64,000 nt of DNA from a virus. Where the stretch lies: the IMG/VR virus record IMGVR_UViG_3300025120_000037, positions 4,127-68,126 of that record, one strand, 5' to 3'. Below the pieces are notes generated by a model. The model saw only the letters and a program-made list of their open reading frames with translations, was not told the origin of the DNA and made no database searches. Shown here one piece after another: positions 28,921 to 38,444 of this stretch. Made by a program: the position numbers and the translations under genes. Position 1 is the first letter of the stretch. Each line of letters opens with the position of its first letter.

Positions 28921-28949
28921 AAGATACACGGGTTTGAGCACCGTGTCAA
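28921..28949 (-). promoter_or_regulatory. Sigma70-like promoter for the AAA+/vWA operon
   Basis: TTGACA-N17-TATCTT. Confidence 0.7.
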
Positions 28950-29121
28950 CTGCGGCTCCTTAAGTTGTACTTAGCTGTACTGAGCTACATAAGGTTTAAC
29001 ATTTCTATATTTAATTTCTTTTTATAAGGGAGATTAAACAACTAATCTGGACTTATGTAAATTCGTGTAAATTGTTTTAACTTACACACATAAGAGATTA
29101 ATAGTTAATCTCTTGCCTCTG

Positions 29122-29640
29122 CTATAGAGTTCCTTTACTTTTAGTTACCCGTTTATCGCCGTTATATCTACCCGTTTCTCGATAGTTATGTACTGGACTC
29201 CCCTGCATACTAAAAAAGATAAGTTGTCCGATACGCATTCCGGGCCAGATACTAATACACCCCAGACGCAAAGCGTTCTTTAATTCAAGTGTAAGTACCG
29301 AATCATTAAACCCTGGGTCAATCCACCCAGCCATACTGTGCTCAAGACCTTGCCGTGCCATAGAGCTTTTTAACGCAAACTGACATGAGATGTTGTTTGG
29401 TATATTAAATAGTTCCATGCTTTCAGCGAGGATAAACTCATTTGGGTAAAGCTTGTAAGGATCTTCCTTGGTATGCTTGCTGATGTTGTTAGCCACCAGA
29501 CCCACCTCCTCGTGCTCTTCAAATATGTTCTCACCCAGTCGTATATCAAGACTTGCAGGGTTAACAAATTTGGCGTCGAACGGAGTGATTGCACCACCTT
29601 GACACAAGATATGGATGCGCCAGTCTGGGAGAACACTCAC
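29122..29640 (-). CDS. dcd: dCTP deaminase
   Basis: NPASLDIRLG, LKSSMARQG, AGWIDPGF, LTLEL, GMRIGQL. Confidence 0.9.
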   Translation of the reverse strand: MSVLPDWRIHILCQGGAITPFDAKFVNPASLDIRLGENIFEEHEEVGLVANNISKHTKEDPYKLYPNEFILAESMELFNIPNNISCQFALKSSMARQGLEHSMAGWIDPGFNDSVLTLELKNALRLGCISIWPGMRIGQLIFFSMQGSPVHNYRETGRYNGDKRVTKSKGTL

Positions 29641-29664
29641 AGGTTTAATAAAGCTCCCCGAATA

Positions 29665-29982
29665 TTAGTTGAAATCTGAGTACATTTGGTCAAACAATTC
29701 TTGACCTTTACAAGTAAGGACCAAAACGTTTCTTGAAGGACCGCTGCGTGGCAGCTTTCGCTCTACCAATTGAATTTTCTCACCCTCCTTGGTTTCCACA
29801 GAACTAAGTACATTGATTATTCTTGAAACTGTTGATTTCTGGATACCAAAGTGATTTACGATATCGCTCTGGCAGATCTCAGCATCAGTCTCCCCTATGT
29901 GCAGGAAGACCGCTAAGGTTGTGCCTGTTATGTGATGGTTGTTTAATTGAGCGAAACCCTTTAATACGTTCGATAGTTTCAT
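29665..29982 (-). CDS. MarR-like winged-helix protein
   Basis: QSDIVNHFGIQKSTVSRII...LVER......LTCKG. Confidence 0.7.
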   Translation of the reverse strand: MKLSNVLKGFAQLNNHHITGTTLAVFLHIGETDAEICQSDIVNHFGIQKSTVSRIINVLSSVETKEGEKIQLVERKLPRSGPSRNVLVLTCKGQELFDQMYSDFN

Positions 29983-31422
29983 TGAGAATAAAGCTGACTA
30001 ATAGGTACACAGCTTTTGAGTGTGCCCACAACTGAACGCTGCGTAATAATTTTGCTCGTTTTGATTGCATCACACGCTTTGACCTTCGAGTAATTGTCTG
30101 ATCTTTGCATTGAAATCAGTGAAAACCCTGTAAATAAACAACCTAAGGTAAAGGGAATTACTGCTTGAAGTAGTTTATCCGTGGTGTTAGCTGGTCTTGT
30201 GAAACGAATTTGTTGGCTAATCATTTGAATTCCTTTAGATCCTCGAGTGAGATTGAATTTGAGTTAATACTCTCGTGGAGAGTGTCTGTGTAAACAAGGA
30301 TACCCTCAGCGACTAAGTCACTTTCAGCTTTGAAGTAATCAAATTTAGTGACACGTGTTTTAGCTGGATTAATGGGATCCTGTTTGTTTATTCTGTTTCC
30401 TTGCTCGTTTGTTTGAGCGCAAGTAAAGCGATCAAAAGCACCTGGTCTCCTCTGGTACTTCTTATTAACTTTCTTTAACGGCATCGATAGCTATCTGAAG
30501 CCATTAATTTTAGCTACCTGTCGTCACTGACCACAAGAAGATAAAGCTCATTAAAAAAGCAGGAATAAGAAGAAGTACCATCAAGCTCCGATCATTCGCT
30601 GTCACTTTTCTTTGAGAATCCAAACGATACTTTTAGTTTCTCACGTTCTCTATCGGAGCGCTGCTTAGTTGCTAGTTTCGCAACGTACTCCATGACTTTA
30701 AGAGTATCCTCCGTGGTGGAGTTTTCAGGCATTTTGCTCTGAATAATCTCAAATGATTCGAAGAAGAATTCGGAGGCTTCCCTGATCTCTTCTGATGTGA
30801 GTGGTTTGTTATCAAGCATCTTTGAAGATAAGCTGGTTTTCTGATGTGAAAGTTCTGGGATCCTCGAAGTCCTCGTGACAGGATTCCACCCAAGCGATGT
30901 AGTTATCGTCGCTTGTTTCTAAACCGTTACTTTTAGCAAAGGTCTTGAAGTTTTCTTCGTCATAAATAACGGTTCGAGTGATGACAATTTGTTTGATTTT
31001 AGTCATGGCGTGATCTGATTGAATTCCAATAGTCTGATTTTGATGGTGTGAGCATAATACTCACAAGATCTTCATTAAATCGTTGCATCGCTACCCACTT
31101 ATCAGTAGCTTGCTTAAGGTCTTTCGCATAGATAGGGATCTCTCTCCGCGTGGGTGAGTGATCGCCTTCCCACTCGTGATAGAGAGCAATGAATCTTCGC
31201 ATGGTTTCATTAGAAATGAATTGTTTGTGTGAATTTTGAGAAAGAAGCATCTCTTAATCTTGTTAATCGTTTTAGATCGTCATCGACCCAATCTTTTCCA
31301 GGATATTCGGCGCTTTCGCTTTTAAGCTTCACTAAATCTTGCTCATAGGAACGAATTAAGCGCCTCATGAACTCTCGATCGACTACATGTTGCCCTGCTT
31401 GATTGTGTTTCATGAGATGCAA
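29979..31422 (-). other. Run of small early hypothetical genes (29979-30224, 30221-30484, 30592-30819, 30812-31006, 30999-31250, 31210-31422)
   Basis: Tightly coupled 60-90 aa minus-strand ORFs. Confidence 0.65.
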
Positions 31423-32255
31423 AACTCCTTGATTTGAGCTGGTGTCATGTTTGGCACTCTCTTGAGCCTTAAGCCGACAATGTGCATACCGTCAGACTCA
31501 TCTTGTGGGCGGAAGTCTGTGACATCTCCGTCTATAACTTTAAACTCCATTCCGTAGAGAGTTACGGTTTGGGGGAGAGATTGACTCTTCTTGATGTTGA
31601 ATGCTGCAGCTAAGTTGAGACCGTTATCTAATGCGACTCGGAACGTATCAGCGGACGAACCCTCACTCATAGTCAAGTGGTAATTGTCTTCTTTGCATAC
31701 ATCCCACAGACGATCAGGACGTTTAGTGTAATCGTAGAACTGGAATGATATATCTTTGTTGGTGCTCAAGCAGTACATAATGTTTCTATATCTGCCTGGT
31801 AAGATACATAAACCGTATCGGGCTGAGAGATACTCTGAAGTGTCAGGAGTTACTGTGATTGATTCTCTTTCCCACCGGATATCACTTGTTCCGTTAAGTC
31901 TTGCTCCTCGCTGTACTGATAGATGATGCTTGCTAGCGAATTGGACTAACTCGATCAGCAATAGTTCCATAAATGCATCTCGGTCAGTCATAAACATGTC
32001 CGTGCGATTCTTGCGTGCTGTCTGCTTATTACGCATGTAAACAGGATTACCTGCGCTATGTAGACAAAGAGAAGCACAACTAGCAGCGAAAGGACATGTC
32101 CCGCGATACTTAGGAAGGAGATGTAAAACTGCTGTGGGGATGTCTAAGACTTTGTCATTCTTGAGAACCTTTGGATTAGTTTCTGTCAGTAGTTTCCGCA
32201 CGTCATGATCGAGCATTGCTCTACGAATGTGTGCGGGGCGGATGTTGTTAGCCAT
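31410..32255 (-). CDS. GP88-family protein
   Basis: TCPFAASCASLCL, RLNGTSDIRWE, QFYDYTK, YHLT, IDGD..DFR..D, IVGL. Confidence 0.75.
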   Translation of the reverse strand: MANNIRPAHIRRAMLDHDVRKLLTETNPKVLKNDKVLDIPTAVLHLLPKYRGTCPFAASCASLCLHSAGNPVYMRNKQTARKNRTDMFMTDRDAFMELLLIELVQFASKHHLSVQRGARLNGTSDIRWERESITVTPDTSEYLSARYGLCILPGRYRNIMYCLSTNKDISFQFYDYTKRPDRLWDVCKEDNYHLTMSEGSSADTFRVALDNGLNLAAAFNIKKSQSLPQTVTLYGMEFKVIDGDVTDFRPQDESDGMHIVGLRLKRVPNMTPAQIKEFCIS

Positions 32256-32267
32256 GATTAGTTGGTG

Positions 32268-33460
32268 TTAATTAGTGAAGTGAGTTTGTAAGTAATCAAT
32301 GTCATCTGCAGTCAGATTTTTAGTTACAGAATGAAGCACAGAAACGCCATCTTTACAGTGAACTAAGGTGTCACTATATTCTTGTGGCCATTGTTCACTG
32401 TTAGCCTGTACATGCACCATCGTGTCATTACTAACACGAGAGACATGTACATTGATACAACGTTTAGAAGGTAGTTCTACATAATCTTTAGAACCACGAG
32501 GCAGATCAAAGATAGAAAGTTTCATGACTGTTTCCTTAAACGACGTGCAAGTTCATCGGCATAAGTAAATGCTTGATCTTCGTAATAACCTTCGCGAACA
32601 ACATTAAACTCACGCATATTCTTTGCAGTTTCTCGACAATCTTCGATGATAAATCTCAGCGAGTAATTGTCACATAGTTCAGCGTGATGCCTCCATTTAG
32701 CAAAGTCTGAAGCTGTAGCGTATTCATATGTCATGATTAAATACCGAGTGAAGTGCGAACAGCAGACATAAATAATTTGACTGAATTCTCTTTAACCTCT
32801 TGTTCAGTCCAAGCGGTGGGATCGTCTACTAAATCCACCCACTCTCGCTTTGTCTTATCTAAAAAGAGCTCAATTTCAGGTTCTAGAAGGTCGTAAACCT
32901 GAGCAGCTTGTGATGAAGTGAATTGTTCCATAATCAGTAGAGGTTAGGGTTACGTTCGGCAGCAGATAAAGAGGGTTCTAGATCATTATTAGACCACTCA
33001 GCAAAACTGAGTGATTTATAACAATCACCATCAGGATCACTGACAAAAATGTCAGTTTCTGCCCGTGTTCTTGCATCGATCGTGACAGTTTGCCCGTCAG
33101 GCAAAGTAATAGTCAAAATTTGATCGTAGTTGAGTGAAATGTTCATTATTAGTTCCAGTAGTTGCCGAGTTCGAATTCTGCTCTGTAGTTAGTAGCTAGT
33201 TGTTCAGCTACAAACAAGCGCATAGATTTAGGGAACGTATTACGTAGTCCCTGAGTCATACTGCAACATGTAAGGAGATAATCCTTTGCAGCAGGTAAAA
33301 CTAGATTGCGTTCAATATATTTAACCGCAATCTCATAGCTAAACTCGCCGCGTTTGTGAAACTTAGAGAGGCATTTTCCTACGGTGTTTGCATGTTCACC
33401 GGAGAAATTGCGAGCATGAAGTTCTAGTTCAGTCGCTGCGTGGCAGTCAAAATCAGTCAT
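32268..33460 (-). other. First early small genes (32268-32525, 32522-32734, 32737-32931, 32934-33146, 33149-33460)
   Basis: Abutting minus-strand ORFs directly downstream of the non-coding region. Confidence 0.7.
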
Positions 33461-33489
33461 GAGAATCACCTGTAATTTGATGTGAATGT

Positions 33490-34063
33490 GTGAGGGAGAA
33501 TCCCTCAGTTTGTCTTACTAAATAAGAGACAAAAGGAGAGAAACATCATGATCATAAATGATCAAGTTAATTACAATTAACTAATCCAATCGGGACCGCG
33601 TAAGAGTTACATGGTCCCGAAGGAATAGAAAATCAGGAAACTTTACTCAAATAAAAGCAAAGCATTGTGTACATTATGCACATAAAGTGCAAGATTTGAT
33701 GTTATTTAGGCCACAGAGTGGGCCATTGTGTCCAGACCGTGTCCAATGAACACGCGGGAGAGAACAGAACCCTTTCTAGCACTGGTGTTTGAATGTTTGC
33801 GTACCTGCTTTAAAGACAGATACGCGGCATAGGAAGGACTTCCCTAGGTGTCTGTATATACAGCACACCTAAGAGAGATACAAAATTCCTATCAACAAGT
33901 GGTCGGTACCTTACAACATCCCTAGGGGAGAGGCTCGACGCGAGCGGGATTGCGCCACTTGCTGAGAATGTATATGTATCTTACTCATCCATCCTTTCCA
34001 AGCTTCGCGGCCTCGCGGCATCACGCTACTGACTGGAATGAGTTCGAATTGTCTAGGTGCTTG
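33490..34063 (-). ncRNA. Candidate long structured leader/non-coding RNA
   Basis: More than ten stems in ORF-free DNA, downstream of an extended -10 and a boxA-like site. Confidence 0.5.
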
Positions 34064-34078
34064 ATTGAAAGCCTACCA
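34047..34078 (-). promoter_or_regulatory. Extended -10 promoter followed by a boxA-like element
   Basis: TGG-TAGGCT, then GCACCTAGACAATT, similar to cyanobacterial rrn boxA GAACCTTGA(C/A)AA. Confidence 0.55.
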
Positions 34079-34275
34079 TATCGGTCAGCTTTCGGGAACC
34101 CCGAAGGGTTAGTGATGCATTGTCTAAGGGAGCGGCTCGGCGTGGTAACCGTGCATTGCCTTTGACTCCTTTAAGATCTCATGAATCAGGGACGAATGGG
34201 AGAAGTGTGTGACGCTTATGTGATTGGCACACTAGGTGCGGACCATGACCTAGAGATAAATGAAACGCGCGCGTG

Positions 34276-34305
34276 ATTAAACCATGCACTCCCTCCCCCT
34301 GTCAA
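34276..34305 (-). promoter_or_regulatory. Possible second early promoter
   Basis: TTGACA-N18-TTTAAT on the minus strand. Confidence 0.4.
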
Positions 34306-34568
34306 TAGTTAGCAACACTTTGACATAAGGCATAGGAAGCCTCTTTCATCAAGTCACACTGCCCCTTCACATATGTACCCGCAATGTGTAATTTTCTCCT
34401 GCCCGCAATGACCCTTTTTTTTATATATGCGCTTATATGACGACGAGGGCGAGAACAGTCTGTCTATCTTCTGGGTATTTTGAGGTCAAAATGTTGTTAT
34501 AGAAGTATAGTGACACAGTTTGAAAAAAAATTTTGCACGGTAAACTAGGTAAAGACTGTTTATTGCTC

Positions 34569-36137
34569 ATGGATTCTTTAGGTAGGACTGATATAGGTTT
34601 CTTTAAAGATTTTTTTCGCGATTACAAAAATCGTATGGAGGCTGCACCTGCATTTAAAGCAGGTATTGACGCTGAAGGTATTAATTACCCTGGAAAAGAC
34701 GAAGTTATTAAAAAATATTTAGATTATAAAAACAGCGGAATGACTCAATCAAGCCAAAGCGCTCGTGAGTTAGTCGAAACTTACATTCCTTACAGAGACC
34801 GCGTGGCAGAAGACTTACGAAGTAGAGGTTTTCCTGATATTCAATCTGGATTAGAAAAATTCGAGGCCGATACAGGAGTTAGAGACTATTCTGAACCTAC
34901 AGACAGAAAAGTTCAAAGCTACAACTATGCACAACCTATACACGAACTGTTATCACATCAAAGACCATATGAGTTAGGGATGGCACCTGATTATCGCGAT
35001 TTTTATGCCGGTACAGACCGAAAAGGTAATCCAGTCAACATAAAATCAAACAGTATAACTCCTATTAACGAAGAGCTAGCTACAGATTTGGATCATAATC
35101 GATACCGCGGACTTGTAGGTAAGAAACCATCAAAACTAGAGGCAATAACCAGAGGTGTTTTTCCAGATATTATGAAAATGAACCTAGAGGAAAGTAATGT
35201 TTTAGACGAAGATAGTCTGCTTTTGCTGCCCACACGTATGGACCTTCAGTATCCAGGGGGGCTTTCAAAGGCTGCATATGATAATAACTATAATTCAGTT
35301 GAAATATACCCTTCTACAGAACAAGTCGATGCAGATGTACCACGTATTTCCGAGTTGCTTATAGATAAGTACGTAAAACCTATGAATCGAAGATTTGCAG
35401 GTTTGCTTACTACACAGTTTCCAGGAGTTAAAACAAATGTAAGAGGTCTAAACGATATAGATAGTCTTCTAGCTTTAATAGAGACTTATGAAGGTAAACC
35501 TACTAATCGTTCACAACATTTTTACGGTACTCTTTTACCCGGTGTAACTCCAGAAACTATTACTAGAATGGCTGGGGACATCAGACGCACACCGTCTTCT
35601 TTGTTGCCTGGTTTTGCTGATTTGATTCCTAGTGCCGAAGCAGTTCGCCTTGGCTATGAAAAAGACCCTGCCGCTATGGGAAAGCAGATGGCTAAGGATT
35701 TTGCAGCTGGTATTCCTTTGTCAGCAGCTTTGACCCCTATTCTTGCTAACCCGGCTGTAGCTCCTTTTGCTCCTGGTATTGGAGCAGGTTTATTAGGAGT
35801 TGCCGGTGGTGAGGCAGTTAACGAAGTTGTAAAACAAGAAACTGGTAAGTCACTAATTCAGAGATTCCAAGAAACTATGGGCGCTGCCGGTGGGGATACA
35901 ACGATTATAGGTAAGGCTCGTAGACCTGTACCCGACAAAAAATTTGTGCCTGATAATAGACCTTATGAGACTCCTCAAATTACTCAGATGTCACCTGCTG
36001 ATGCAAGTCGGATGGAAGTCGAGCGCAAAGCAAAACAAAACGAGAATGAATTTCAACGACGTCTACGGTCAGCTAAAGAGGCTCGTCAATTAGATCCGTA
36101 TGATTTTGGTGTAACTGAGCTTCTTTTTGGAAGGTAA
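34569..36137 (+). CDS. Large hypothetical protein (possible internal virion protein)
   Basis: ATG 34569 lies 22 nt after TAAACT; Gly/Ala hydrophobic segment near the C-terminus. Confidence 0.75.
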   Translation: MDSLGRTDIGFFKDFFRDYKNRMEAAPAFKAGIDAEGINYPGKDEVIKKYLDYKNSGMTQSSQSARELVETYIPYRDRVAEDLRSRGFPDIQSGLEKFEADTGVRDYSEPTDRKVQSYNYAQPIHELLSHQRPYELGMAPDYRDFYAGTDRKGNPVNIKSNSITPINEELATDLDHNRYRGLVGKKPSKLEAITRGVFPDIMKMNLEESNVLDEDSLLLLPTRMDLQYPGGLSKAAYDNNYNSVEIYPSTEQVDADVPRISELLIDKYVKPMNRRFAGLLTTQFPGVKTNVRGLNDIDSLLALIETYEGKPTNRSQHFYGTLLPGVTPETITRMAGDIRRTPSSLLPGFADLIPSAEAVRLGYEKDPAAMGKQMAKDFAAGIPLSAALTPILANPAVAPFAPGIGAGLLGVAGGEAVNEVVKQETGKSLIQRFQETMGAAGGDTTIIGKARRPVPDKKFVPDNRPYETPQITQMSPADASRMEVERKAKQNENEFQRRLRSAKEARQLDPYDFGVTELLFGR

Positions 36138-36164
36138 TTAGACTGTTAACAAAGGGATAGCTGG

Positions 36165-36491
36165 ATGCTTTCGACTGAAGTCCGCAAAAAAGCGGAATTT
36201 ATTTGTTCGAGAATTGCAGAAAAGGCAGAAGTACCGGTTTCAGACATGATATGGGTCCAAAAATGGGCAAAAAGTAACCACAGTGTTGAATCTATGCTTC
36301 GTATAGCCAGGAGAAAGGTTGTAAAAGGAGATTTACCCAAGGATGGTCTTGATAAATTTCTCCAAGACATGGATTTAGGCGAAGATGACTCCGCAGAACA
36401 CTTAGTTGGTCCTCAAGACCCTTCAACAATCGCTGAATGGTTCACAAGTAAGAAAAAATGGTTCGTGGATGACGAAGGATTTAGAGATTAA
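36165..36491 (+). CDS. Conserved cyanophage-type hypothetical protein
   Basis: MLST..R...EFIC..IA...EV...DMIW.QK.AK.N pattern. Confidence 0.7.
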   Translation: MLSTEVRKKAEFICSRIAEKAEVPVSDMIWVQKWAKSNHSVESMLRIARRKVVKGDLPKDGLDKFLQDMDLGEDDSAEHLVGPQDPSTIAEWFTSKKKWFVDDEGFRD

Positions 36492-36520
36492 ACTAAACTA
36501 TGTGTATAAGCTTTAGATAA

Positions 36521-37153
36521 ATGGCCCCAATCCCTAATTCCAGACCGGATCTCGGGGCATATTATCGTGAAGTCGATAAAAGGTTGGGCGGAATCTTGCC
36601 TGGGGGAGGTACTCCAGTACAGCCTGAGGTTTTAAATCAACTTCCAGGCCCTATCAATATGGGATATCGGTATATAAGTGGTATTGGTAATAAAGATTTA
36701 GAACTATCTGACAAATTTAAGCGAGGAGCAGTTCGATTAGCTATTCGGGACCGTCCCACGCTTCCTGGTGAGGTACGGTCGGTTAAACCCTATCAAGAAG
36801 AAATTAGAACTCCTGTTATTGATACTGTGCCTAGCGCTCTAGGTGTTCCTGTTTTGGCAGATCGTGACCCAGCAGCAGCACCCTATCGTTATACACTAGG
36901 TCGTTATAACGTATATGACGAAGGTGACCGCTATACTGTTCGTGATAAGTTTGATCTTGAGAATGAGTACGAAGATTCAAAGATGATGGAACCTGGCAAA
37001 GATATGGCCAGAGCAGCTTACCGCGGCGTTCTTGGTCTTGTTGATCCAGCAAACTTCTTACGTTCGTATATCTTTGGCAGAGAAACGCCACCCACAGGAT
37101 ACGATATTGAGTTCTCTGTACCTAAAGAATACGGTACAGGCATCGGTCCATGA
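36521..37153 (+). CDS. Hypothetical protein
   Basis: TLGRYNV......VRDKFD motif. Confidence 0.7.
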   Translation: MAPIPNSRPDLGAYYREVDKRLGGILPGGGTPVQPEVLNQLPGPINMGYRYISGIGNKDLELSDKFKRGAVRLAIRDRPTLPGEVRSVKPYQEEIRTPVIDTVPSALGVPVLADRDPAAAPYRYTLGRYNVYDEGDRYTVRDKFDLENEYEDSKMMEPGKDMARAAYRGVLGLVDPANFLRSYIFGRETPPTGYDIEFSVPKEYGTGIGP

Positions 37154-37181
37154 TTTATAATTAATTATCTGATCTGTAAAA

Positions 37182-37562
37182 ATGGGATACCCTAGTCCTG
37201 AAGTAGTTAAAAGACCTACAAAGGGTAGTTACCCCGAAGGTAGTTACGAGGCGTGTCAGGCTAATCAGGATCCCAATATAAATTACTTTGCGGATCCTTG
37301 TAGGGATTTACCTAGGAACAATGGTTTACCAAAGTCTCCATTTGAAGGTAGTGGTGATGGTGATGGTGATGGTCAAAATTTTTTAGAAATGATTTTAATT
37401 ATGAGGGAGCCAGCTACTATTAGTTCTGATCCTACTGTTAGAACTTCTCGTCCTAGTCAACTTAGTACACCCGGTAGTTCTGTTTCAGCTGCTAAAAGTG
37501 ACTCTGGGGATATGCTTCTTGCGGCAATTAAGGCATTTGCTACACCTAAATCTCTTATTTAA
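37182..37562 (+). CDS. Hypothetical protein
   Basis: 126-aa ORF. Confidence 0.55.
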   Translation: MGYPSPEVVKRPTKGSYPEGSYEACQANQDPNINYFADPCRDLPRNNGLPKSPFEGSGDGDGDGQNFLEMILIMREPATISSDPTVRTSRPSQLSTPGSSVSAAKSDSGDMLLAAIKAFATPKSLI

Positions 37563-37565
37563 ATC

Positions 37566-37721
37566 ATGAATGAATTTATAAACGAACTTCTGAGTCTTTC
37601 TCGCACCAAACTGGGCAGCCCCGATGTGGGTGTTGTGAAAGTAGATAGTAAGTATAGTGATGCTTACGATACTGCAATGCGTAAAGAACTTGCTAAAACT
37701 TTACTAGCAAAGTACATGTGA
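37566..37721 (+). CDS. Small hypothetical protein, 51 aa
   Basis: Hand translation MNEFINELLSLSRTKLGSPDVG...; GTGA overlap with the next gene. Confidence 0.5.
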   Translation: MNEFINELLSLSRTKLGSPDVGVVKVDSKYSDAYDTAMRKELAKTLLAKYM

Positions 37722-37963
37722 CACAAAGACCTTTCAGAGTAAAGGTTTTTCTGCTGAGACTTCTTGCAGTAGTTTTTGTTTGTCAGTTTTTTATGGCATG
37801 GCAAGCCTTTAGAGCATGTGAATTACTTGTGCGTAGACCTGGGGTTGCGGTAGTTTCTGTTAAAGAAGTGTGTCCTGATGTTGGGCAAAGGGTCGAGAAT
37901 CTATTCAGCGTGGCATTGGCCACTATTCTTAGCCTGCTTAGTACTAAAGATATACGAGTTTAA
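37718..37963 (+). CDS. Small two-helix membrane protein
   Basis: Two hydrophobic segments flanking a Cys pair. Confidence 0.6.
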   Translation: MTQRPFRVKVFLLRLLAVVFVCQFFMAWQAFRACELLVRRPGVAVVSVKEVCPDVGQRVENLFSVALATILSLLSTKDIRV

Positions 37964-37984
37964 AAACTGTATAAGGGTGATACC

Positions 37985-38011
37985 GTATATTTTATTACAT
38001 ACTGTTAGGAT
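37985..38011 (+). promoter_or_regulatory. NtcA box next to a -10 element
   Basis: GTA-TATTTTAT-TAC (37985-37998) lies 7 nt upstream of TAGGAT. Confidence 0.55.
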
Positions 38012-38034
38012 ATAAGAAAGTAACTGGAGGTGTT

Positions 38035-38199
38035 ATGTCTAAGGTTGTGTATCGCGGTGTTACATACAACGCTGAAGAACAAAAAGAGACATTCCGTTCC
38101 TGGTGGAACTCAGTTCACTCTGTTGGTAAAAAGTTTACTTATAGAGGTGCTGAGTATGATTCGTCTGATGTTGATGGTTGTTCCTTAGTTTCTAAATAA
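38035..38199 (+). CDS. DUF4278-like protein, 54 aa, not in ORF track
   Basis: MSKVVYRGVTYN...FTYRGAEY, two YRGxxY motifs; GGAGG RBS. Confidence 0.75.
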   Translation: MSKVVYRGVTYNAEEQKETFRSWWNSVHSVGKKFTYRGAEYDSSDVDGCSLVSK

Positions 38200-38392
38200 A
38201 CTTAGGGCATTGTCCGATCACTTTTGATCTTAAAAACTCGAGTAGTTGAATTTTTGCGCGGCGTGTGAGTTTATCGTCAAACAGTACTTCGTACTTTCGT
38301 TGCTCCCACGCTTCGCACGTTATTTGTTTTTTGTAAGGTTCGTTATTGTTGCCTAGTCCTATAAAGGAAACTAGAAGGAGTGAGAGTATCAT
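38192..38392 (-). CDS. Small secreted/membrane hypothetical protein
   Basis: Hydrophobic N-terminus, Cys pair. Confidence 0.55.
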   Translation of the reverse strand: MILSLLLVSFIGLGNNNEPYKKQITCEAWEQRKYEVLFDDKLTRRAKIQLLEFLRSKVIGQCPKFI

Positions 38393-38444
38393 ATAAAACT
38401 TTTATGTATGAGTTTATAATAAGGGTAGTTGTTGAAGTAGAAAG

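Noticed and set aside
34036-34052. GTTCGAAT suggesting a tRNA T-loop (also at 33169)
   Set aside because: No cloverleaf or acceptor stem could be built around either site.
33950-34165. 71-aa plus-strand ORF in the non-coding region
   Set aside because: TTG start, no recognisable motif, and it overlaps the leftward promoter and RNA stems; likely spurious.
37969-37983. Second NtcA box upstream of the DUF4278 gene
   Set aside because: GTA-N9-TAC has the wrong spacing.
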